Of a DNA stretch of 64,000 bases, positions 11,822-22,043 are shown in pieces; within the stretch, counting starts at the first letter, position 1, and each line of letters begins with the position of its first letter. Source of the stretch: Chlorokybus atmophyticus (Eukaryota > Plantae > Mesostigma and Chlorokybus algae); the NCBI GenBank assembly GCA_009103225.1, contig RHPI01002069.1, forward strand, positions 62,001-126,000. Direction: 5' to 3'. A model generated the notes under the pieces. The model did not search any database. It saw only the letters and a list, made by a program, of their open reading frames with translations, and had not been told where the DNA came from. The position numbers were made by a program, and so were the translations under genes.

Positions 11822-13276
11822 TATGCTTGTAGAGTTTGCAGAACCGGGCTCTCCCATGATATCTACATCGTATCATCCTGCCACTGCATGCACGCGTTCT
11901 TGCGCTTTCTTGCCGATACACTGCCATGGTAGCTGTCAACTGTGAGTACTGCACTGGGTCAGGCGTCGGGGCTGTGCAGACTGAGTGTCCGATTGCGTTC
12001 ACACTGGCGTGCGGCCTGCGCTTGTCAGGCTGTCTGATCACAGCATGGTCGGGTGTGGGTTGGAGATCTGGTGCAGTAGAGGGGAGCCATGCTTGGCTGA
12101 GATCCATTGCAGTCTGCTTAAGTCCCCCCTGCTGTGAACGCGAGACCTTGGATGTATCAGGCGTGACTCATTGACTCTCTAGAAGACTGTACTACTTTGG
12201 GCACAATGCAGGGTCACAACATCACGCACACGCATCTATCACGCACATGCACGCACGCACAAGAAGACATAATAGACGATAGCGTTGCAGGTAGGCAAAC
12301 CTACATCCCGTAACAAGGTTGGTGCGTCATTGGTATTTTTGTGTTTTGCATGAATGCCGAGCATGTGTTATTGGCTTGCCAAAATGCTGTCATTTAACAC
12401 AGTTAGCCACTAGTTGGCTTAGGGTTATTACGAACGTAACACAATAAAGCCACATTGCCTTGTGGTAGTATTTGTGCAGGTGATGCCTCTTTGCCTGCCT
12501 ACCTGCCATTCTCAGCTCTGCTTGCCCTGCGCATGCCAGTCATGTCAACGTCTATCAGTCTAGTGTCTAGCAGTCCTCTCTCCCTATAATCTCTCCATAT
12601 GTACAAAATGGTATGATGTTGTCACACTGCGCATCCGCTCCCCATCACATGGTCAAGTACATTCACTTGTGTATATAGGTTGTCACATATGCAGCATGCG
12701 GTCAGGCGCACACGGCGCATGTGCAGATAGTCAAGATCCGTGCATGCGTGACTGACAGAGGGGCCGCATTAATATTGAACAGTGGAGTGAGGAGGAGTAG
12801 AGGGTAGGCAACATGCAGACACGTAGTCCGGTCGTCGAGTATGTGCTGCAAGTTGTGGTGAGTTGCCAGTTGCCCGTTGTTGCTAGATTGTTGCATGCTT
12901 GCTTTGAATCTTTTATACAAACATCCGCTATCCATCTAGGCAAATGCCACGTCCGCCTTCGTGGTTGGGGGTCCTTGGGCTACTACCGGCACCGACGCTC
13001 CTCGGCTTGGCGATCATTTGCTCGATCCATTGCTTTATGTTTGCTGCAAGGCGCAACCCGGTGGCAATAAAGGTGCACAAAACCTCCAAGTCTCGTCAAC
13101 CGCTAGCGTCTAGCGTTCAATAGTCTATCATCCGTTGTGGTTGTATGAATGAAGTATTGCTCTAGATGCAGTGTCACCGCCAACCTTACCGCTAGTCAGC
13201 GATGACGCGCATTATGTAGCGAGCCTCGGGGTCTCCCAACACAACATGCGCGCGATTGGGCAGCCCCTCCTCCCCC

Positions 13277-13492
13277 CGTTAGGCTTGCTGCTGGTGGCGT
13301 TCACAGATCTAGTGTGGAGCAGTTTGCTTGTGGAGCGGAGCTGGTCGTCCTGTCCTACTGTTGTTGTGATGACGATGGTGATGATGTGACATGCTGCGAG
13401 GCTATTCAGTGTGCGGAGCGGCGCTGTCAGTAGGCGGCAGCAGCATGAAATGTTGCCCAGGCAGCAGCGCAAGCCTCGTGGTAGGACTGGCC
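13277..13492 (+). repeat. Exact 216-bp duplicate of 8307-8522 (GALS 5' UTR, exon 1 and donor)
   Basis: Base-for-base identity by eye; the copy ends directly at a single N (13493). Confidence 0.9.
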
Positions 13493-15013
13493 NATATGGT
13501 CGATTTGTGGTTACTCAATGTACCTTCCCGTTACATATGGTGTAAGCTAGGGCTATCGCATTAATTCACTTCATGCAGTGTGCATATAGCAACAATTGCA
13601 AATGGATATATGCCATGGTTGAAATAAAGCGCTCATATTGCAAGCAGACATCGCAGGTTATATGCATATGACCCTGCTTAAACGCTGGTACAACAAACAC
13701 CGCATGAGTGTGTACTGACTCTAGTTGACCAACCGATCACTCGGTTATCGTTTACGTAAGGATAGCGTGCACAAGTGCGTGAATAGCAACACTCGTAACA
13801 AGAGAAAGACACAACCACATGTGATGTGATGACATGAGCGTTCACATCTGATATAGTAACTTGTAATCATCCTTTTCATTGCTCTAAGTGAATATGCGAC
13901 AAGCGTGTCTCGCTAATGTTGCACAACTTGTATTGCACATCTACGCGTCGCTACACAAATGTGCATAAGCATAACCAATATGTGTATGATAGCTTTCAAA
14001 GGACGCTAGCTGCAGCTCACTTATATAGAGATGAATTTGAATTTAAACATTCAATGTGACATACCTTCGGGTAACATCGTAACACTACAAGAGTAAGCGA
14101 CGAGGTTGCTGCAAGGTGTGGTGGCCCACGAACTTAAAGCTCCACTCATACGAATCAAGGGCGAAATAGATGCGGAGGGTTGTGTGGGCAAGCACTTGGC
14201 CGGTGGTGTCGTGTGTGGTACACACGATGTCGTCTGCAATGGCGCATCGTGTGTCGTGTGTGTGCAACTATGTCATGGTATGGTGTGATAGCGAGTTACC
14301 ATGAATTCCCTCTTGCATTCCCTCTTTTGTGCACACGCAATACCGACACTTGAACATTTGTAAATATAGTAGTGAGTTTGTTGCAGAGCCGCCATAACTA
14401 GTGACTAAAACAGTATGTATTGGGTTGCAGGTGGAAACAGCTGCGTTACCTGCCACCAAAGTTTGTCGCCCTCTTCAGCTTGCAACTATTGGTGTAGAGC
14501 CAGTGCATTACTTTACTTAAACCAATTATGATATCATAACCCCATGACATTGCATGAATTCCTTGGCCGTAGCTCAACAAGCTAACACGCAGGAACGCAA
14601 ATGCACTAACAAGCCCTTCAATGCTACAGTACATGTGCCCAAGCAGCAGAGTGGGTGACAGTTGTAGCAAAAGCAGCAACAAGAACGTCACATTACAATG
14701 CCCTGGACCACAGGAGTTCACAAACCTCCACCAGACGCATTCACAGTAGCAGACAGCATATATCATACTGGGCGCCGCGTGCTGTCAGGACCCAAAGTTG
14801 AGTCAATAGTACGTGTGCCTGCTTGTCTGCATTGCTCCAGGTACATATCGCACACCTTAACATGCAACCATGTAATCGTATCGCCAGTGAGTGGCGCTCG
14901 TGATGTTGCTGCGACATGAACAGCAATAGCTCCACCACCTCACGTCGTAGCAGACAAGCTTGCCTCGCCAACACGCAAAAAACAAAAGCTACCATGCCAC
15001 CTTTGTCAGATGA

Positions 15014-16759
15014 CTACCTGCGCCTGTCTCTGTACGGACTGCGACTTCTGCTTCTATGCCTTGAGCGCTCCCGTTCTCTATCGCGGTAACTACTACTCCT
15101 GTCATTATCCCGTCTGCCATCTCGATCATCGCGATCTTCTCTGCGTCTGTCCCTATTTGGCGACCTGTCGCGGTGATCTCGTTCGCGTGACTGCTCACGC
15201 TCGCGATGCCTCTCTCTGTCACGCTCTCTGTCGCGATCCCTTGAAGGCTCTCTTTCACGCCCTCTCTCACGCTCTCTCTCACGCTCTTTGTCACGCTCCT
15301 TCTCGCGCTCCCTTTCTCTGTCTCTGTCTCTATCTCTCTCGCCATCAACCTCCTTGCTGCGCACCTTAACATAATCTTTGGCTGATGCAGACGACGGCCT
15401 GGGCAGGGGCGGTGTGGTTTTGCGCATCATCTCCGCGCGTCGCTCGGGAGTGGGCTCCACCGCGTTGCTACGGTGAGGTGCGCGTTGGCCCATAGACACA
15501 GATAGCGCTGCTTTCACCGAGGGCGGTCTGCGGATGGGCTCTTCTGTGCCTCGGCGGCTGGCAGCACCCGTGCCGCCGCCCCCGAGTGCCTTGGTGGGCA
15601 AGCCGAGAGACTCCAATGTGGTCGTGATCTCGCGCACCACCAGCACGGGTATGCGGGGAAACAGCGTCTCAAAGTAGTACTGCAACACAGAAGCGCACAG
15701 TTCAGAACCAAAGGAGCATAATGTCAAACCTGCTTACTGCTAACTACACAAGGTGCCTGCGGGTTGTGACGGTCACCTGAGCAACATCACAGCGCCTTCA
15801 GCCCGTAGGCCTGGAACAAGATAGGGAGTGCAACCTCTTTGTAAGAATGTGCAGAGACAGCATGCGTGATGCAATGCCCTGCTCATCAAACAAATGCCAG
15901 CAGTTGTGATTCATTACCTGATCAAGCAGCAGATCCCGAGCGTACACCCCAATTGTTGTGGAACGCGCATGGGGACTGGGCTGGATCTCCTGCACCGCAA
16001 GCGTGTCATGTCAGCATACCAACACAACAGATAGTTGCCAAATCAGAATGATAAATGCCACAAGCGTACCTCAGGGTCTTGCATGTACGGCTTATACCAG
16101 CCCCAAAGTTTTTTGGGGTCGCACACGTAGCGGAGGTACAGGAAACCAGTCTGCAACAAAGGGTTCAGCAAGTAGCACATCTGTATTATGTGAGCATATG
16201 CGAATCCTTTTTCCGGAAACCTGCTCTCAGCGTGTTGCATGCTGCTGATGAGAAATTACAGAAAAGGAGGGTACTTACTATAGACATACCGCGCGGATGA
16301 AGGGAGAGTCACCATGATCAAGCAGGGTTCTGATCTGGCCCTCATTGAGACGCATAGTGAACATCCTGTACAGAATGCAGAATGCAGTGCTTGGGCCCCG
16401 ACAATTACCACTCATCCATGGCTCGACATGCTCCACTTGGTTGTATATCTCATCAACAGCTTCGTTGAAAGTCTTCAGTCTGGCAAAGATGTCTCTGTAG
16501 TAATCCTACATGACGCACCAGCAGCATAAGCACAACTCACCCAATAGAGCATGCCCATCAGCTCTGACCTCAACAAACAGTGATGATGGAAATAAACATT
16601 CATGATCTCAACTTAGGCCATGCATGCAACAGTTGCGAAAAACTGGCCAACAAGCAGAAAGGTCAAGTAAGGTGCTGTACACACACTCACCGACTCAAGG
16701 ATGTTGGCCTTGAGGACACTTTCTACGTTAAACGTACTGGGATTGCCATAAATGTCCAT
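15014..16759 (-). CDS. PRP38: PRP38-family splicing factor with C-terminal RS/RD domain
   Basis: MDIYGNPSTFNVESVLKANILES / LKTFNEAVDEIYNQVEHVEPW..GPSTAFCILYRMFT / DSPFIRAVGFLYLRYVCDPKKLW / QYYFETLFPRIP / RPPSVKAALSV, followed by an R/D/E/S-rich tail. Confidence 0.92.
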
Positions 16760-17224
16760 GTCTGTCAGCACGCCGCCTGCAGCCCAGCGCTGCTCGCGCT
16801 GCTGGTACTGGTACGGCGGCGGCGGCGGCGACGGCTGCACACGACGCCAACTACGCGGCTGGGAACCCTAAAATGTAACCCCAAAGGTGGTGACTGGCGC
16901 AAGCAGCCGTAAGACACCTGAATTGCTCCTGCCTCCCCAACACCCAGCGCAACGCCTCCGCTTCCACCGCGCAACCACCCGCCGCCCAGGCCAGCGCTGC
17001 TGCAACCGCCGCCTCCTCCGGCAACCACAACGTCGACACTGACCACAGCAACTGATGTCACCGACAACGTCGACGCAGCGCATGGTCAGCTGAGCAACCG
17101 CGTAAGCGAACGTTGTTGAAGCAGCCACGCTAGTTGGCTTGAAGTGACTCCCACCTTAGGTGCGTTCAAGTGTTGAGACTAACGTCATCTGGCGGCGAGC
17201 AACCCTGCGACGGATAAGGCGGCA

Positions 17225-17233
17225 TTAGGGTTT
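17225..17233. promoter_or_regulatory. Telo-box (TTAGGGTTT) in the PRP38/RPL4 divergent spacer
   Basis: Exact AAACCCTAA complement about 65 bp upstream of the RPL4 ATG. Function is inferred from land-plant ribosomal protein promoters. Confidence 0.4.
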
Positions 17234-17297
17234 GGGGCGGCGGCGGAGCCACGTGGCGGCGGCGGCGGGAAGGGCGGAGGTGTCGCAGGCCGTAGCC

Positions 17298-18707
17298 ATG
17301 GCGTGCGCTCCGTGCAAGACAGGGGTCGCCACATGGACGGGTTTGAGGCGGGTTGATACACAGCAGCCGCAGGCTTCAAGGCTGAGGGGCCCCGCTGCAT
17401 CGGCGGCGCCGGTCCGCAGGGCCTGCGTTGCAACGGCTGCTGCTGCTGCTCCTGCCGTGGACATCATCTCGTTTGAGGGTACCAAGATCGGTGAGGAGAG
17501 CATCGCCCTGAGGGCTGCCCGCCCGGGAACTGCCTCTGCTGTTGTGCACCGGGGGCTCGTTGCAGAGATGGCTAACAGGTGCGGTTTTACGGCTGTGACC
17601 TCGGGAATGGATTGAATGCTTGTAATTCCTTTGCATTGTATTGCCATTATCTTCTTGGTGCTGGTTTGGTACATGTTTTCTTGCGTGTGGAGTGGTGCTT
17701 TGTGGCCTTATGCACCATGACGATGTGCCAACTGCAGCCACAACTTTTTAGTAGCTGCAGTACGCCTATTGCATCACGTCATTGCATGGTAGCCACAGTG
17801 GGCCTGCCGTTGCATGGCATGGTAGCCACAGTAGCTTTCCTCCGTGTCTGGAAACGAACGGAATCGGTCCGCATTGGGTTGGGCTGCATACCTTGATGTA
17901 TGTTAGGGTACGAAGTTGGGTCCACAATTTGCCAATATGCTGACCTGTCTGTAACAGGCGCGCTGGCACAGCAAGCACCTTGACACGAGCTGAGGTGCGA
18001 GGCGGAGGCAGGAAACCTTACAAGCAAAAGGGTACTGGCCAGGCGCGAAGGGGTAGTGAGACGTAAGTTGACCTCATCGCATTGATACTGCGTGTTGTTT
18101 ACCAAATTGCAAATGTCTCAGTTGATGTTGTTGCGCCAGGTCGCCACTGATCAAGGGTGGAGGTGTGTCGTTTGGGCCCAAGCCAAAGGACTGGAGTGTC
18201 AGGATGAACAGGAAAGAGAAGAAGCTCGCCATCAGCACTGCACTTGCTAGCGCGGCTGCTGACATGATTGTTGTGGAGGACTTCAGCGACAAGTTCTCGG
18301 TTCCAAAGACCAAGGAGTTTGTTGCTGCTCTCAGGCGATGGGGCGTTGAGGAGGGTGAAAAGGCATTGCTTGTCACAACGGAAAATTTTGACAATCTCTA
18401 CCTGTCAGCGCGCAATGTTGAGACAGTAAGCTACGGGGTTGTTGTGCTGACCCTTGTGCGCAGGGTTTGCATTATGAGTTGCGACTGCTTGCTTTATACA
18501 ATGGCATTCTTGTTGTATGTTTATCTGTTGTTGGTGGCTCACATGGTACATTGCTAACAGGTGACGCACTGCACTGTCGACAACATTTCCCTGTACAATG
18601 TCCTGTACTCGGACAAGATTGTTGTCACCAAGAGTGCGCTGGAGCACATCAAGGAAGCATTTGCTGAGCAAAGCACCGCAGATCAAAGCACCGCAGATGA
18701 GAGCTAG
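17298..18707 (+). CDS. RPL4: Nuclear-encoded plastid 50S ribosomal protein L4 (uL4c) with transit peptide
   Basis: Ala/Arg-rich presequence, then [13 protein letters not shown] / [33 protein letters not shown] / [30 protein letters not shown]. Three introns; ends DQSTADES*. Confidence 0.95.
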
Positions 18708-19499
18708 AAGACTGCCCCCTACTTGACTGCCGTCTTCATATACATTTTACCAAGGCAATGCGGACTGCATTGCATGTCTGTGAGATGCATTCTGCCTGTG
18801 TTTCGTGGAAGGTTGCACAAATCAAACATATCTAACCTGCGCAGCGGGATTCGCATTTAGCTTGACAGCAAGCCAGACACGTATGGCTGTGCCAGTTGCA
18901 TGTCGTCACATTGTCATGCCAACTGTTGTGGACCAAAACTTCTGGTGCACGTAGCTCAAGCATCTTGCTGGTTCTATTTGTGCCGTGATGACCAAAACAC
19001 ACTGCAGGCCAAACACTCCCTCTCAGCTTGGCGCACACTAGCAGAGCATTGGCATGCAAATGTCAGCCAACACATAATGGGCCATTACTCGCGGCATCTG
19101 TTTCATGCTGTGTCATGCTGCGAAGGATTTCTCGGAAGGAATGAGTACGTGCACTGAGCAGTATGGTGCTTGCAAATCAGTCTGTATAGGTGCGAAGACT
19201 TCATGTCTGGAATGTGAGCATTGGCAACATTGCTCAATCACTTCCCATGCGCTTTGCTATGCAACCAGAACTCATTCTCGTGCGTGTCAACTGCACACTG
19301 CACCAACGATGAATGAGATTCGGGTCAAACATGCGTGTACAAAACGTGCAACATGCATAGTGTGCATGCAACCAACCAGCAGTAGTATGTGTGCAATTGC
19401 CATTACGCTCTCAAGATGTAACACTGCAGCCAGTTTATTGACAGCTACACAATTGTGTCTCAATGCGATACTTGCAGTTTTGCTAGTAAAGTATTTGGC

Positions 19500-20800
19500 G
19501 CTTGCGCCAGTCACCAGCAGTCTCAAGGCCCGGCATGGTCTCAAATGATGTCTTTGTAGGCGAGAACGTTGGCTATTGATTCTCTGTGGCCAGCGGCAGA
19601 GTCGAAGTCACCTATGTCACACGTGGAGCAACCACATTTGTTACTTACCGCATACATGTACTGTACTTGCATGTACATGCATCAAGTGGTTGAGAGACCC
19701 AAGCTTTGTCAGCATGCCTCTCAATGACAATGCTCACCGACAATGTGCCGCTCCTGGTGTTGGTCCAGTTGAGTGCGGCATCCTTTGTGCCAGAGTTGTA
19801 CGACAGTTTCACTTTGTCATGGGGATGCGTCTGGCGTGTCCAACTAACACTCCACGCCTCCTTATCAAAGTCATAAGCGGGCTCAAACTGCAGACGACAC
19901 ACCACAACTGTTACCACAAAACAACAGTGGGAGTATCAATGTCAAATTGCAGATCTCACCAAGTTGCGGTCATCCGCCAACCAGCTGTACTTCTTGTCAA
20001 ACTTGTCAGTGTTGATGTTGTACTTGACAGTGGCAGAATTGGCGTTCTTGAAGGCCACAGCAGCCGTGAGTGAAGCAGTGCCCTGTGAACTCACCAATGT
20101 GATGTGAGGCTCCAAGCAACAACCAACCGTGCAGCTTGGGGTGAGCTCCAGCAATGCCTTATACGCGTGTCACACCTTTTTCTGGTTGTTGGCAAGTCAG
20201 CTTCATAGTCTGCTTGCAACGAATAACAGCTGATGACTGCAGCGAAGCCGCCAGCGCCTTGGCTGCTGCATCCCATTCTTAAGAGAGCGACTGCAGCATA
20301 AAATACAAGAGCAGTGAGTATGACACCAAGCAGAGGCTGCATAGTTTACTGCATGATACTATTGTCAAGCATAATCTTACTCCGCAGCTGCGTCCCACTT
20401 ATAAGAGAACGACTGCAGCATAAACGACAAGAGCAGTGAGTATGACACCAAGCAGAAGCTGCATAGTTTACTGCATAATACTATTGTTAAGCATAACTTA
20501 CTCCAGGCTTCTACACTGCGACCTTGAAGTCATGGAAGTCGTCAAGCTCGTTGAAGTGCTTGTCCAGCAGCGACAGCTTGAGGGTCACATTATCGGACGG
20601 TGTACACCAGCTAGTGAGAGCAAACAACCACACCGGTTCAGGAAGTAAGCAGTTCAGGCAGAAAGCTTCATATGAGCAAACTGAATGTCGCAGTGATCAG
20701 CTCTTGGCTTCTCATCTTCTAACTGTCTGGCCGCCTCACTGGCTTCCAATGGTGTTGATTTTGCTGGAGAAGATCAGCTTGGCCGTTGCCTTGCGTCGGT
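19500..20800 (-). pseudogene. OEP24 pseudogene (intron-containing inverted duplicate of 40230-41522)
   Basis: Same exon series as the intact copy, but with a +1 frameshift near 20590, nonsense TAG at 20511-20513 (GAG in the intact copy) and 19573-19575 (AAG in the intact copy), an internal 122-bp tandem duplication, and no recognisable ATG exon. Confidence 0.85.
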
Positions 20801-21307
20801 CTGTTTCTCTCTGACCTTAACAATTGGAGCTGCTGTTTGTACCCAATGCAGTAGCACATGACAGCATCACGACTTCATGCTTCTTACCTATAACCGCCGC
20901 CGCCACCGCCGCCAGCGACTACATAGCAAGTCGCTGGTGGCAAAGGGTCATTTTTTCATCCGCCGTTGCGCATGCGGGCGGCCGGGTGGGCGGGGTTGCG
21001 GGCAAGGGCGGTGTGGGTAGCGGGAGCGTCGATGGCCGCTCCCATAGGCCAGGACGTCGTCGTCGGCGCTGGGGGTGGCGCCGCGCTTTGCAAAGCGCCA
21101 TTTTTCCGACAACCTGCCCAATGTTCGGCGCAGCGTCGGCTGAGCCGCACCTAAGTGCGCTGCAGCTTGCACCCGCAACAGGAGAAGGAGGAGGCGCATG
21201 GGCGTAGGTCGTCCTTACAATCAATCCGTCGGGTTACCAGTAGTAGCGGTCGCCGCTCGACGCAGCCACTGCCTCTCGAGCAGGATCCACAGGAGAAGGA
21301 GAACGAA

Positions 21308-21685
21308 ATGGAGAACCCATTCGCAATCTTTAAAAATTTGGCTCCTGTCGTCAGCGTTTGTGTCATGGTGAGTGGCTAGAGCGGGTTTACTTGTAATTGC
21401 AGTTTGTTATTTCTAGTGGTTTCCAGTTTAGTAGTCACATTGCTGTTGGCGCAGGTCTATGGATTGGCCTTTGGGTGGTCTCGCCTGGACGCGAAGTTGA
21501 CCACACTCCACACTGCCTTGACCGCACTCGACTCTACCGTAACAATTATGCAGAACGATGCAAAGGAAAGCCGCAAGGAGATTCTGAAAGCTATTGACTC
21601 CAATGTGATAGAGACCATTGGTGTTTTGAAGGGGGTCCTTTTGCTCAAGGACATTAGGGAGGTTCAATGTAGTATGAACTGTTGA
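21308..21685 (+). CDS. Hypothetical ~96-aa protein: one hydrophobic segment plus coiled coil
   Basis: MENPFAIFKNLAPVVSVCVM, phase-0 intron 21368-21454 (GT..CAG), then VYGLAFGWSRLDAKLTTLHTALTALDSTVTIMQNDAKESRKEILKAIDSNVIETIGVLKGVLLLKDIREVQCSMNC*. Confidence 0.5.
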
Positions 21686-22043
21686 TTTTAGCTTGTATGT
21701 AGCATTGTGGTGTAGAACCTTGTATGAATGCTAGGCGCGCAGTTGCAAAGTATTGCTCTAGATGCAGTGTCTGTGAAAGGATTTTCGCATTCTCATTTTC
21801 GCAATTTCGTAGACACATATGCAACATACCATCTCTGCACATAGAGCTACCGAGCAATTCCGTCTCCATGTTACTTGAAGAACAAGTACTTTGCAGGTAT
21901 AACCACTTCAAACTACACGAAAGCGGGCTATGTACAGGGCGGATTACCTGGACCAAGCGTAGCACATTGACAAGACTATGCTGTACGCAAGGGAGAAGGT
22001 GTACAACCTACAGCTATATGTACATGCAGTCAAACCAGCGACA

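Noticed and set aside
15010-15369. Cys/His-rich plus-strand ORF
   Set aside because: Antisense shadow of the PRP38 RD/RS repeat.
18669-18698. 15-bp tandem duplication at the RPL4 C-terminus (QSTAD x2)
   Set aside because: Trivial in-frame slippage in a variable tail.
20948-21199. Minus-strand ORF resembling a mitochondrial presequence
   Set aside because: No downstream exon joins it to a mature domain; the composition is explained by a GC-rich promoter region.
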